Shown: positions 1 through 13,600 of the stretch, piece after piece
Layout: each line of letters begins with the position of its first letter
How positions within the stretch are numbered: the stretch's first letter is position 1
Program-made: the position numbers and the translations under genes
Notes under the pieces: model-generated
What the model was told of the DNA's origin: nothing
Databases searched by the model: none
Seen by the model: only the letters and a program-made list of their open reading frames with translations
Assembly (NCBI GenBank): GCA_028826165.1
Contig: JAPDFW010000055.1
Location: 62,001 to 126,000, forward strand
Length of the DNA: 64,000 nucleotides
DNA from: Anaeramoeba ignava BMAN
Taxonomy: Eukaryota > Protista > Anaeramoebae
Direction of reading: 5' to 3'

Positions 1-1140
1 TTTAAATTAATAAATAATTATAATTAAAAATTAAATTAAATTTTAATAATAAAATTAAATAGAATTAAATTAAATTTAATAAGTAATTTTGTTTTAAATT
101 TAATTTTGAAATTAATTTTAAATTAAATAATAAATTAAAATAGATTTAAATTAATAAATAATTATTATTAAAAATTAAATAAAATTTTAATAATAAAATT
201 AAATAGAATTAAATTAAGTTTAATAAATAATTTTTGTTTTAAATTTAATTTTGAAATTAATTTTAAATTGGATAATAAATTAAAATAGATTTAAATTTAA
301 TAAATAATTATAATTAAAAATTAAATTAAATTTTAATTATAAAATTAAATATAATTAAATTAAGTTTAATAAGTAATTTTGTTTTAAATTTAATTTTGAA
401 ATTAATTTTAAATTGGATAATAAATTAAAATAGATTTAAATTATAAATAATTATAATTAAAAATTAAATAAAATTTTAATAATAAAATTAATTAGAATTA
501 AATTAAGTTTAATAAATATTTTTGTTTTAAATTTAATTTTGAAATTAATTTTAAATTAAATAATAAATTAAAATAGATTTAAATTAATAAATAATTATAA
601 TTAAAAATTAAATAAAATTTTAATTATAAAATTAAATAAAATTAAATTAAGTTTAATAAATAATTTTGTTTTTAAATTTAATTTTGAAATTAATTTTAAA
701 TTAAAATAGATTTAAATTATAAATAATTATAATTAAAAAAAATTAAATATAAAATTAAAAATAATTTAAATTAAGTTTAATAAGTAATTTTGTTTTAAAA
801 TTTTGAAATAATTTTTAAATTAAATAATAAATTAAAATAGATTTAAATTAATAAATAATTATAATTAAAAATTAAATAAAATTTTAATAATAAAATTAAT
901 TAAAATTAAATTAAGTTTAATAAATAACTTTATTTTAAATTTTATTTTAAAATTAATTTTAAATTAGATAATAAATTAAAATAGATTTAAATTAATAATT
1001 AATTATATTAAAAAATTAAATAAAATTTTAATAATAAAATTAAATAGAATTAAATTAAGTTTAATAAATAATTTTGTTTTAAATTTAATTTTAAAATTAA
1101 TTTTAAATTGGATAATAAATTAAAATAGATTTAAAATTAA
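1..1140. repeat. AT-rich tandem minisatellite, ~144-bp unit, ~8 copies (truncated at window start)
   Basis: Anchor AAAATAGATTTAAA recurs with its TAG at 141, 286, 431, 574, 707, 838, 982 and 1126 (spacing 145,145,143,133,131,144,144). C is almost absent on the + strand. Confidence 0.9.
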
Positions 1141-1352
1141 AAAAAAAGGAGAAAAAAAAATGAGGAAAAATGATCAAAATAAAAAAGAAAAAAGGAGAAA
1201 AAAAAAATTTAAATAAAAGCCCCCAATAATAAAAAAAAATAATTAAAAAAAAAAAAAGTTTTTCATTTTTTTCCTTTTCATTTTTAATTTTTTTTTTTGA
1301 TTTACTTTTCTCGTTTTTAATTTTGTGTTTTATTTTTGTGTTTTTGTTTTAA

Positions 1353-2671
1353 ATGAGTTGTTGTTTTGATATTGATAGTGTCACAACTCAACTTTTGACC
1401 ACTGACGTTTACACAAGCTTGATAACACCAAGTTTATCAAGAATTGAAATAGGAACAATTAGCATGGTAGAAAAAGAACTAGAAATGAACTTAACAAAGA
1501 AAATGGAAACAAATTACATAACAATTAATCAAGAAGAAACATTTAAACAATGTATTGAAACGTCAAGAAAAAAACTAGATGAAAAAGTTGGTCAAAAGAT
1601 GAGTCAAGATGAGGAATTATTTACTAATCCAATAAAAGGAAATATTTCTCAATCTCGAAGATTAAATGGAAGAACTAGAATCGATTTGCCTCAAAATCCT
1701 AATCAACAACCTACTTTTAACTACTCTGACCATTTCCATTCTTCAAATGAAGTTGAAACTTTTGATTCCGTTGAAAATTCTCATCCAAAAAATAAGCGAA
1801 GAAACAAAAAGAAAAGAAAATCAGATCAACTTGATGAAAATCAAAGTCAAAGTCAAAATCAAAGTCAAAATGAAAATGAAAAAGAAAAAGAAAAAGAAAA
1901 AGAAAAAGAAAAAGAAATCCAAATTCAAATTGAAGATCAAAGTCAAAATCAAAGTCAAATTGAGGATGCTGATGTCAAACGTTTAAGACATCGTGCTGTT
2001 ACTGTCAATAAATCTCAACAAAATTCTCGTAATCCTCTTCTTGATCAAACAGTTTTTCTTTTCTACATTATTATTAGGTATTTGACATTGATTTTTATTT
2101 AATTTGGCTTTGATATTTATTGTAATTTTTATTTAAACTAAAAATAGCTTTCTATTGAGTTTCAATCCAAACTTTCAAGAGAAGGCAATAACATCACTTT
2201 TTGGCAATTCAAGGTAAATTTAAAAACAATTTTAAATTAAAAAAATTTTGTTTTTATTTGCTTTATGAAAATTAATTAAAAAAAATTAATTAAAAAAATA
2301 ATTAAAAATTAATTAAAAATTAGATTCGAAAAATTACTTGAAGCAAACAATCACCATAAAAGTAAAATTGTAAGTAAAAAGAGAGCTAAAAAGCTTGGTG
2401 TATGTGATTTTTGCAAGAAAGAATTTAAGAAAGAGGATGAAGTTATTGAACTTAATTGCGGACACAATTTACATTCAGAATGTCTTTTAAACAATACAAT
2501 TGTAAATTAAATTTTTATTTTTATTTATTTAATTTTTATTTTTATTTTTATTTTTATTTTTATTAGCAAACACATTGTCCTAAATGTAATTGTCTTTTAT
2601 TTCCTAAAGGAATAGATACAAATTTTAATAGCTTTGATGAAGATGATAAAGATTTATCTTTTGATAATTAA
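1353..2671 (+). CDS. RING-H2 finger protein (putative E3 ubiquitin ligase), 4 exons
   Basis: GT-AG introns at ~2052-2147, 2214-2323 and 2502-2566 give CDFC-x13-CGHNLHSEC-x9-CPKC (C3H2C3 RING-H2). TAA at 2669-2671. Confidence 0.85.
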
Positions 2672-2841
2672 AAAAAAAACAATCTTCTTTCTTTTTTGAA
2701 AATTTTCTTTTCTTTTTTTCTTTTCTTTTCTTTTTACTTTTTACTTTTTTACTTTTACTTTTACTTTTACTTTTACTTGAAAAATTAAAAACTAAAAACA
2801 AAAAACAATTTTTTAATTTATTTTGCAATTTATTTTGCAAT

Positions 2842-3327
2842 TTATTTCTTTTCAACAATAACTCTTTCAAATTTAATTTTTCTTGTTGTTTTTGAAAAAT
2901 AATTAACATTTGAAGAATTTTCATCTATTTCAAAAATTAATTGAGATGTTAAACTTTCTTCATAAGTTCCTTGATAAAATCTTCCATTAATTTCCAAAAG
3001 AGGTTTTTCATAATTTGGACCAAAATTCTATATTAAAAAATTTAAATAAAATATTAAATAAAATTTTTCATTTCATAATTTTTTATTTAATTTCAAACCC
3101 AAAAATTATAAGGAAGACCAGCTTCAATTTCTTTTTGAGTTTGTTTATCAGGCATTTCCATTACAAAATATAAATCTGTATCTTCTTCTTTATTTAAATT
3201 TGTAGTTTAAATTTTCATTTATATTTTCATTTAAATTTGTATTTAAATTTTCATTTATATTTGTATTTAAATTTGTATTTAAACTTGTATTTAAATTTGT
3301 ATTTAGATATTCTTCTTCAATTTCCAT
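2842..3327 (-). CDS. GTF3C6: TFIIIC subunit 6 (tau55/Sfc7-like), 2 exons, with an apparent 1-nt frameshift near 3205
   Basis: Exon 2 reads NFGPNYEKPLLEINGRFYQGTYEESLTSQLIFE...YFSKTTRKIKFERV, matching the TFIIIC_sub6 pattern (P+L.I....F.G.YE..LG..+.FE; K..K+...R). Intron ~3030-3098. Not in the ORF track. Confidence 0.65.
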
Positions 3328-3489
3328 TTAAAAAAAAAGAAAAAAAATGATTTAAATTTTTTTTTTTAATTGAAAAAATTTTTATTTGTATCTAAAAAGA
3401 AAAATTCAAAGAAAAAAAAAAGAAGAAATAAATTGGAAAATTGAATCAAATTGAATTCTTTTTTTATGAAGAAGATTTCCAATACAAAT

Positions 3490-3916
3490 TTAAGCATTTA
3501 AGGATTCAATCGAGATAATTCCATTACCTCTTACAACCTAAAATTAAAAATAAAATTAAAATTAAAATTAAAATTAAAATTAAAATTAAAATTAAAATTA
3601 AAATTAAAATTAAAATTAAAATTAAAATTAAAATTAAAATTAATAAAGAAGGAATTCATACAACAGTTCCAAGAGAAACTTTAGAGCCATCTAAAAGATC
3701 TTCAAATGATTCTGTAAGTGTTAAATTCATAAATTGATCATATCCTCTAATAATTCCAGTAATAAAACGATCTCCATTTAATTTAACTAAAAAAAATATT
3801 TTAATACTTAATTTTTTAAAAATAATAATAATAATAAAATTAAAAATAATAAAAATACCTGAAACTCTTTTATCCATAAAATTTCTTAAATCTGCTGAAT
3901 TTACTGTTTTACTCAT
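3490..3916 (-). CDS. SNRPG: Small nuclear ribonucleoprotein SmG, 3 exons
   Basis: Spliced product [41 protein letters not shown]...LGTVVVRGNGIISIESLNA contains the Sm1/Sm2 motifs of SmG. Introns 3787-3858 and 3538-3661. Confidence 0.9.
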
Positions 3917-3979
3917 TTTATATTTTAAAAAATAGAAAAATGAAAAATGAAAAATGAAAAAAAAAATAATTTTGGTTTT

Positions 3980-6900
3980 TTATTCTATTTCTTCTTTTAA
4001 AATTAAAATCCTATTTCTATTTTTCTTTTTCTTTTTCTTTTTCTTTTTCTTTTTCATTTTCAATTTCATTTTCATTTTCATTTTCTTTTTCTTTTAATAA
4101 TTGTAATAATTTTCCGATTTCCATTTTTCTATGTGAATCAGGAATTAAAAACATTTCTTCTATATGAAGTTTACTTATTGATTCAATTAATTTTTTTTTA
4201 TCAGGAAGAGTAACTATTTAAAATAAATATTAAATATTAAATATTAAAATAAATATTAAATTAAATATTAAAATTAAATATTAAAATAAATATTAAATTA
4301 AATATTAAATTAAATATTAAAATAAATATTAAAATAAATATTAAATTAAATATTTAATATTTATTAAAATATTAAAATAAATATTAAATTAAATATTTAA
4401 ATTAAATATTATAAATAAATATTAAAATAAATATTAAAATAAATATTAAAATAAATATTAAATTAAATATTAAATTAAATATTAAAATAAATATTAAAAT
4501 AAATAATAAATATTAAATTAAATATTAAATTAAATATTAAAATAAATATTAAAATAAATATTAAATTAAATATTAAAATAAATATTAAATTAAATATTAA
4601 AATAACTATTAAATTAAATATTAAAATAACTATTAAAATAAATATTAAATTAAATATTAAATATTAAAATAAATATTAAAATAAATATTAAATATTAAAA
4701 TAAATATTAAAATAAATATTAAAATAAATATTAAAATAAATATTAAATTAAATATTAAAATAAAATTACTTTGAATTGTTTCTGGATTTGGTAATTTTTT
4801 GATAAAATTGGAAATGATTTTTGGAATTCCAGAAGAGATCTTTCTTTTTCTATTTTCTCTAATTTTCTTTTCTTGAGTTGGTTGAAAAGAATCGAGATTA
4901 TTCAATAAAAAATTATCAGAATCCAATAAAGATTCAAAAGAGTCTTCAGTTTCTTTTTCAAAAGAAAAAAGTAATAAATTTCTTCCTTTTTCAGAATTAT
5001 CAAGTGATTGTTTATAAAGATTAATTGATTCTTGACTAACTGGATATAAATTTCGATAATGAAATTTATTCACTAAAAAATTAAAACTTTCTAAAGAAAG
5101 ATCTGGTGCTTCTTTGAATAATCTTTTCTTAAGTTTTTGAACAGTTTTTTCTGTTCCAAATCTTTCTTCAAATTCTAAAAATCTTCTCCAAATTAATAAA
5201 CTTTTTCCTTTTGGAAGTGTTTGTATTGATCTTTCAAATAAAACTCTTAAATCTTTTAAATTTAAAATTCATTTCAAAATTAAAATTAAAATTAAAATTA
5301 AAATTAAAATTAAAATTAAAATTAAAATTAAAATTAAAATTAAAATTAAAATTCATTTTAAAATTAAAATTATAATTAAAATTTAAAATTAAAATTAAAA
5401 TCGGATAAAAAATATTACTTCTTGGTTCGTTTAAATTTTCAAGAAAATCAATATATTGTAAAAGATATAAAGGTTCATTTTGAAATTTTGATAAACCTAA
5501 TTCAAAAATATTTTTAGCAACTCTTGGTTCATTATTAATATTTTTCTCCAATAAAGCGTATTCAGTAAAAACTTGGTAAGAACAATAAGGAAGATCAGAA
5601 AATCTAACAAAAGCAAGTCGAGCAGGATTTTTACCAAAAGATTCACGAAGGAACTTCAAATAACGAATAATAACAGCAGGAGATTCAAAAATTTTTAATA
5701 AATTTTCAAATTTTAATTGAGCTTCTTCAAGTTGATTTCTTGATTGTAAAAAATCAATATAAGAAAGTTGAATTAATAAACAATCAGGATAAATTTTAAA
5801 AGCTCGAGAATAGAATTTTTCAACAGCTTCAAAATTCCGTTTATTTAAAGAAAATGCAATTGAATCAAGCCATAAATTGGGATAATAAAGCATTGAATTT
5901 AAAGCAAAATTGTAAAAATAATTCAATTGTTTTAAATGATATTCTTCTTCTAATTTTAATGGATTTCTTCTTAAATATTGAAAAAATTTGATCCATAATT
6001 GCAGTTTTGTTTTTTCTTCTGGTGTTCCTTTTGGTGGTTTTGGAAATGCTTCTTCAACGTTTAATTTTTCAAGTTTTTTTGAAATTTGTTTGTATACTTT
6101 TCGTGCAGTAATATATTTTTCTCTAAATTGTGGTTCACAACTTGACTATTTTATTAAAATCAAAATTAAAATAATTAAAATTATAAATTAAAATAAAAAA
6201 ATTAAAAAAATTAAAATTAAAATTAAAATTAAAATTATAAATTAAAATTAAAATTAAAATTAAAATTAAAATTAAAATTAAAATTAAAATTAAAATTAAA
6301 ATTAAAATTAAAATTAAAATTAAAATTAAAATTAAAATTAAAATTATAATTAAAATTAAAATTAAATAAATTATAATTAAAATTAAAATTAAAATTAAAA
6401 TTAAAATTAAAATTAAAATTAAAATTAAAATTAAAATTAAAATTAAAATTAAAATTAAAATTAAAATTAAAATTAAAATTAAAATTAAAATTAAAATTAA
6501 ATTACATTCATTTGGTTCTCAAAACTTAAATATTTTTCCCAAATAGATTCTGAATGAGTATGAGGTAAAGAAATAGATTCCTGATAAAGACCTCTCAAAA
6601 TTTCAATTCTTGAACGGTTTTCTTGTTCCAATTTACGTAATATAACTAGCTCAAGAAAATTAATCAACTCTTGCCAAATAAAGGAAGAATTGATACCATA
6701 TTTACAATTATGAAGACAAATCTGATAAACTTGAAACAATTTTTTTTCTTCAAGAGTTAAAAGTGGAAAAAATTTCAAACTCAAAATTCCATTTTCGACA
6801 TCATAAGTTTCAAAACTGGGCGGATGTTTGTGTTCGTTAGGATTAAAATGAACTTCTATTTCAGGCTTTTCATAAATAAACTTGTTCATAAAATTCACTT

Positions 6901-7231
6901 GTGATCGTCGAATTAATCCGAACTTAAGTTTGATAAAGATGATATAATATCTCCATATTTCAGGGTGATTTAAATAACTAAAGCTTTCCAAAAGAAGAGC
7001 TTCACATTCTTCATATTTGTTCTCGCTGATATAGTGCTCAATTTGTTGTATCCAATATCCAAGTGATGTTGGAAAATTTAATTTGAATTTTGCATAATAT
7101 TTTTCTGCAAAATCAATTGGTAATTTTTTGATTTCGCTCATTATTTGTTGCCAAATTTGCTCCTCATTTGTTGTATATTCAATTTGTTGAAGTAATTCAT
7201 CAAGTTTAAAAATTATTAAATAATTATCCAT
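3980..7231 (-). CDS. CSTF3: Cleavage stimulation factor 77 kDa subunit (CstF-77/Rna14), HAT repeats, 4 exons
   Basis: HAT repeats plus PKPPKGTPEEKTKLQLWIKFFQYLRRNPL, VAKNIFELGLSKF and NLRVLFERS...IWRRFLEFE, as in CstF-77. Introns ~6146-6505, ~5253-5418 and ~4215-4769. Confidence 0.85.
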
Positions 7232-7446
7232 TTAATGAAAAAATGAAAAAATGAAAAATGAAAAAATTAAAAAAATATTTTTTCTCCTTTTTTTTTTTAA
7301 TTTTTTTTTCTCCTTTTTAATTTAAAATAAATAAAAATCCAACTTTATTTTTTTTCATTTTTTTTTCATTTTTTTTCATTTTTTCATTTTTTTCTTTATA
7401 AATCAAAAACATAAACAAAATTTATAAAAAAACCCTAAAAAAAAAA
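7232..7446. promoter_or_regulatory. Compact bidirectional promoter (CSTF3/PSMB1) with oppositely oriented TTCATTTT initiator-like clusters
   Basis: AATGAAAA x4 at 7234-7266 (minus-strand gene) and TTCATTTT x4 at 7351-7390 (plus-strand gene). Confidence 0.65.
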
Positions 7447-10429
7447 ATGCAATTAATTCAACAATCAAAACAAGAATCACTTCCAAAATCAAAAGAGTTA
7501 ATTTTTATTTTATTTTAATTTTATTTAATTTAAATTTTTAAATTATTTTTTTTTTGATATTTTTGTTATTTAAAATTCAGAATCAATCAACCTCAATTTT
7601 TCCCTTATACAAATAATCAAGGTTCTTGTTTGGGAATTTGTGGTGAGAAATTTGCAGTTCTTGCTACTGATACTCGAATGTCTATGGGTTATTCAATTGT
7701 AACAAGAAATGCAACTAAATATCTCAAATTGTAAAAAATTAAAATTAAAATTAAAATTAAAATTAAAATTAAAATTAAAATTAAAATTAAAATTAAATAT
7801 AAAATTAAAATTAAAATTAAAATTAAAATTAAATATAAAATTAAAAATAAAATTAAATATAAAATTAAATATAAAATTATTTATAAAATTATTTATAAAA
7901 TTATTTGAAAAATTATTTATAAAATTAAAATTAAAATTAAAATTAAAATTAAAATTATTTATAAAATTATTTATAAAATTAAATATAAAATTAAAATTAA
8001 ATATAAAATAAAAATTAAAATTAAAATTAAAATTAAAATTAAAATTAAAATTAAAATTAAAATTAAAATTAAAATTAAATATAAAATTAAAATTAAAATT
8101 AAATTTAAAATTAAAATTAAAATTAAAATTAAAATTAAAATTAAATTTAAAATTAAAATTAAAATTAAAAAATTTGATTTAGAACTGATAAATGTGTATT
8201 GGTTTCATCAGGAATGCAAGCTGATATTGAAACACTTCATAAAATTTTAAAAGCAAGATTAACAATTTATCAAAATCAACATCAAAAACCGATGTCAACA
8301 CCAGCAATTTCTCATTTACTTTCAAGAACATTATATTATCGTAGATTTTTCCCTTTATATACATTTAATGTTCTTGGTGGAATTGATGAAGATGGAAAAG
8401 GTTGCGTTTTTAGTTATGATGCAATCGGAACTTTAGAAAGAGTTCGTTATTCTGCAAGTGGTTCCGGTTCAGCTCTTATTGAACCAAGTATTTATTAAAT
8501 TAAATATAAAATTATTTATTAAATTAAATATAAAATTAAATATAAAATTATTTATAAAATTATTTATAAAATTATTTATAAAATTATTTATTAAATTATA
8601 TATAAAATTAAAATTAAAATTAAATATAAAATTAAATATAAAATTAAATATAAAATTATTTATAAAATTAAATATAAAATTAAATATAAAATTATTTATA
8701 AAATTATTTATAAAATTAATTATAAAATTATTTATAAAATTATTTATAAAATTATTTATAAAATTATTTATAAAATTATTTATAAAATTATTTATAAAAT
8801 TAAATATAAAATTATTTATAAAATTATTTATAAAATTAAATTTATAAAATTATTTATAAAATTATTTATAAAATTATTTATAAAATTATTTATAAAATTA
8901 AATTTATAAAATTATTTATAAAATTATTTATAAAATTATTTATAAAATTATTTATAAAATTATTTATAAAATTATTTATAAAATTATTTATAAAATTATT
9001 TATAAAATTATTTATAAAATTATTTATAAAATTATTTATAAAATTAGTTTATAAAATTATTTATAAAATTATTTATAAAATTATTTATAAAATTATTTAT
9101 AAAATTAAATATAAAATTAAATATAAAATTATTTATAAAATTATTTATAAAATTAAATATAAAATTATTTATAAAATTATTTATAAAATTATTTATAAAA
9201 TTAAATATAAAATTATTTATAAAATTATTTATAAAATTATTTATAAAATTAAATATAAAATTATATAAAATATAAAATTATTTATAAAATTATTTATAAA
9301 ATTATTTTTATAAAATTAAATATAAAATTAAATATAAAATTAAATATAAAATTATTTATAAAATTATTTATAAATTTAATTATAAAATTATATATAAAAT
9401 TAATTATAAAAATTATTTATAAAATTATTTATAAAATTATTTATAAAAGTATTTATAAAATTAATTATAAAATTAAATATTAAATTAAATATAAAATTAA
9501 ATATAAAATTAAATATAAAATTATTTATAAAATTAAATATAAAATTATTTATAAAATTATATATAAAATTATTTATAAAATTATTTATTAAATTAATTAT
9601 AAAATTAAATATAAATTTATTTATAAAATTATTTATAAAATTAAATATAAAATTATTTATAAAATTATTTATAAAATTATTTATAAAATTATTTATAAAA
9701 TTATTTATAAAATTATTTATAAAAATTAAATATAAAATTATTTATAAAATTATTTATAAAATTAAATATAAAATTAAATATAAAATTATTTATAAAATTA
9801 AATATAAAATTATTAATAAAATTAATTATAAAATTATTTATAAAATTAAATATAAAATTATTTATAAAATTATTTATAAAATTAAATATAAAATTATTTA
9901 TAAAATTATTTATAAAATTAATTATAAAATTATTTATAAAATTATTTATAAAATTATTTATAAAATTATTTATAAAATTATTTATAAAATTATTTATAAA
10001 ATTATTTATAAAATTATTTATAAAATTATTTATAAAATTATTTATAAAATTATTTATTAAATTATTTATAAAATTATTTATAAAATTATTTATAAAATTA
10101 TTTATAAAATTATATATAAAATTAAATATAAAATTAAATATAAAATTATTTATAAAATTAATTATAAAATTATTTATAAAATTAAATATAAAATTATTTA
10201 TAAAATTATTTATAAAATTATAGTTTTGGATAATCAAGTTGGATTTAAAAATCGAGGAGATATTACTGATAAAACTGGTTTTCTTGAAGAAGATGAAGTA
10301 GTTGAATTAGCAAAAGATACTTTAACATCAACTTGTGAAAGAGATATTTTTACAGGAGATTTTGTCCATATTTTTGTGGTAAATGAAAATGGAGTTCGAG
10401 AAGAAAAATTCGAATTAAGATTTGATTAA
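7447..10429 (+). CDS. PSMB1: 20S proteasome subunit beta-6 (beta type-1), 4 exons
   Basis: FFPYTNNQGSCLGICGEKFAVLATDTRMS, LSRTLYYRRFFPLY, LDNQVGFKN, ERDIFTGD and the C-terminal ELRFD. Introns ~7497-7580, 7731-8182 and 8489-10223. Confidence 0.95.
8495..10220 (+). repeat. 1.7-kb intronic tandem repeat (ATAAAATTATTT / ATAAAATTAAAT)n, 12-bp unit
   Basis: Fills PSMB1 intron 3 and is almost entirely A/T. Confidence 0.95.
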
Positions 10430-10664
10430 ACTCTTTTCTCAAAACAAAAAAAATATTTGACTGATTTTGGTCTCTTTCACTTTCTTTTTTTCATTTTTTC
10501 ATTCTTTCTTTTTTTTTTCATTTTTTTTTCATTTTCCAAAAAAAAAAACGGAATAAAAATTCTTTCTTTTTAAAAAATAAAAATGATCCACTTTTTTTTT
10601 GCTTTTTGCTTTTTTTTTGTTTTTGCTTTTTTTTTATTTTTAAATTTTTGATTTGATTTTTTGA

Positions 10665-13600
10665 TTAAATTTTTTGATTTGATTTAGTAAATTTCTTTCG
10701 AGCTCTGTGAAGAATTGAAAACCAATTCTGATAAGTTTCATCAGAATCAAAAGTCAACCAACATTCAATTTCTTCTTCACCTTTTCTAAAAATAGATAAT
10801 CTTTTTTTCTTGTGAAATTTGGAAGATTTTTCTTGATTAATTTTAGTAGAATTATCAATAATAATAACATGTAAAGGAACAGAATTTTCAACATTTGATT
10901 CAAAAACTGCGATGATATTTTTCTTAAAAACTAAATAACGTTTTGCTCTTTTAATTTTTTTCTGGTTTTTAATGGCAAATGAACTTAGCCAACCTTCCAA
11001 TTCAGGTTTTTGTTCCCAAAGAGCTGCCCATTTTGAGATGAGGTTTTGATTGCAAAAAAGTGTTGGTTTTTTTCGTATTTTCTTTTGTGGTTCAGATAGC
11101 AAATTGGATAAATGACTTGGTGATGATTTGATTTGTTGAATTTCTTTTAATTTCTCATTCAATTTACTCAAAATGGAATTTGATTCTTGAAAATCAAAAA
11201 CTATTTGCTCCAAATTTTGATAAACTGTTTCCATTTGAAATATTTTTTTTTTGTTAAAAGATGTTTGTGGTTTTTTTTCATTTGGAATTAAAAGATCCAA
11301 AAATATTGCAAATTTTTCCTTTTGATCTTCATTTTTAGAAATTTGATTGTTTTGATTAGATTTTCGATAAATAGAAGAAATATAAACTATAAAACGATTA
11401 TTATCGATGGAAATATATTGTGTTTCTTGATCTTCAACAAACTAACATTATTACATAAAAATATTATTATATAAATATTATTATATAAATAAATATAAAT
11501 AAATTAAATATTAAAAATATAAATAAAAAATACAGAAACAGATTCAAAAAATTGATTTAATTTTTCGTGTTGTTTTTCTATATTCTTATTCATAAAATTC
11601 ATATATTCTCTATTGACTCCAAATAGCTTTCCACTTGCCAAATTTGCGAGAGATGAAGAAATAAGAAGAAGACCTCTTGATATTTGTTCATTTAAATTAT
11701 CTAAATCAAATTATAAAAATTAAATATAAATTTTTTTGAATTTTTGAAAATTTTGAAAATTTGATTTTTATACAATCAACAATATTATAAAGTTTAGGTG
11801 AAACAATTGCAGGACAAAAAAATCGGTGAAGAATGTAACTTCCAATTCCTAATAATGCATCTTCAGGAAATCTTTTCAACATTTCTGTTTTAATATGATT
11901 TGCAATTTCTCGGAAATAAAATGGGATATTTGGAACAGATTCAAATATCGAGTTTGTAATTTTAAAAAAATATTCACTGAGATTCTTTTGTCCTGATTCG
12001 CAATCATCTGTTAAATAAGAATCAACTTCAAAACTTGTTTTAACTTGGCTCATTTCCATAACCACAGGTTTTAATGTTGATATTAAATAATTAATTCCAA
12101 CCGAAAATGAAAAATCTGAAATGAGTTTTGAACAAAAAGTTGCTGAACGGAAAAAATATTGAATTGATTGAGTTTGTTTGATTTCACGTGATATTGCCAA
12201 CTTGAGTAAATGAATCGATAATCCAAATGAATCAAACAAATTCAATAAACTTGGTGATAAAGAATCAATTTCATCCCCACAATAATTTACATCAATCAAA
12301 AATAATATATATTGCAAATCTAATGGATTTAAATATTCTTTTAAATATTCATTTGCTTGTTCCATTTCATCCATTATTGATTGTTTTGGTGTTTCTTTAT
12401 GTTGTGCAAATTCTTGTGTTAATTTATTTTGGTAATTTTCCTTTAATAATCTTTTGCTTATACAATGTATAGTTTTTCCCAATGCTTCTCTTCTTGAAGA
12501 ATTGATAATTTCAGTCAATTTCTATATTTTTTCGAAAATGATATAATTTTAAATTTTATAAATAAATTTTTAATTTGATAAAATACTTCATTAGAATTTG
12601 GAATATTAATTCCATTGAAACTTTCGATAAATAAATCAATCAAATCCTTAAAATTAGGCGAAAAATCAACAACATAATTTAAATGATAATATATCAAATC
12701 TGGAATTGAATCCAATTCATAATCTTCAAAAATTAATTTTAAATAAGGAAAAAAATATGTTTTTTGTTTAAATATAAAATTTGGTTTTGTTTCTGAATTG
12801 TTAAAAAAATACTTTGAAAACTCAAGTCATTATCTTCAAAAAACGTGGACAATTTTTGTGTTAAATTCTGTTTAAAAGTGACTACAAAAACAAACAAATC
12901 GCATAAAGAATTAGCAATAACAATATCCTTTTTTGATAATATAATTGAATTTTCTTCAAATAATTTTTTAATCATCAAATAAATTTCAGAAGGATCAGCA
13001 GATAATTCATCCAAATTTCTTAATCCAAAAATAAACCTCTTCCCCGAAGTTACTGGAAATGATATGTTGATTTCCTGAAGAATGAGAATTAAATATTCAA
13101 TAAATTTTTCTATTATTCCTAATGTTTCAGTTGAAATTTTTTCAATATTTTCATCGTAAATTTTGGCATTTAAAATTTCCAACAAAGAAGGTGAAGCTTT
13201 TGGAATTGAAGTAATATCTCTTAAAAATTTCTTCAAATCAAATCGAACAGGTTGCAGAGAACGAATAATCTCTTCCTCAAAAACAAGAAATTTATTCGCA
13301 AAATCTTCATTTGATGATTTAAATAAAAACGGTTTACTTGATTTTTCTCCTTTTAATTCTTTATATTCTTCAAGTTCTTTTAATCCTTTAATTTGTGATT
13401 TGAGAACTTCAATTGCTTGTTTTTTATGGGAAATTTCTTGCTTTAAATATTCATTTTCTTTTTTATTCTGGAAATATTCATCCCAATTCTTTTCATTAAT
13501 TTCTTGTTTTCTTTTGTTGATTTGAGACATATTTTCATTTTCCACTGTTTGATTTGTATCATTTGGATCTGATTCAATTATTATTATTATTGTAATTTAA

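Noticed and set aside
1-1140. CRISPR-like array (also considered for 19730-20300 and 54645-55155)
   Set aside because: Whole units repeat with no unique spacers, there are no cas genes, and the context is eukaryotic.
6190-6500. Possible TAA=Gln reassignment making (AATTAA)n coding
   Set aside because: Conserved proteins (SmG, PSMB1, SUN, ATXN10) end at TAA where expected, and these tracts are bounded by in-phase GT-AG.
7709-10237. Long KLKL/NFINN/ILIL/KIKI/DFDF ORFs in the ORF track, here and at 14249, 17044, 30773, 33831, 46243, 60125 and 62640
   Set aside because: They are stop-free frames of simple repeats, in introns or in shifted/antisense frames of NQ tracts.
12724-12812. Apparent non-canonical splice junctions (also ~34473-35399, 49230-50558, 60770-60870)
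   Set aside because: A nearby canonical GT or AG restores the frame in each case. No AT-AC intron was needed.
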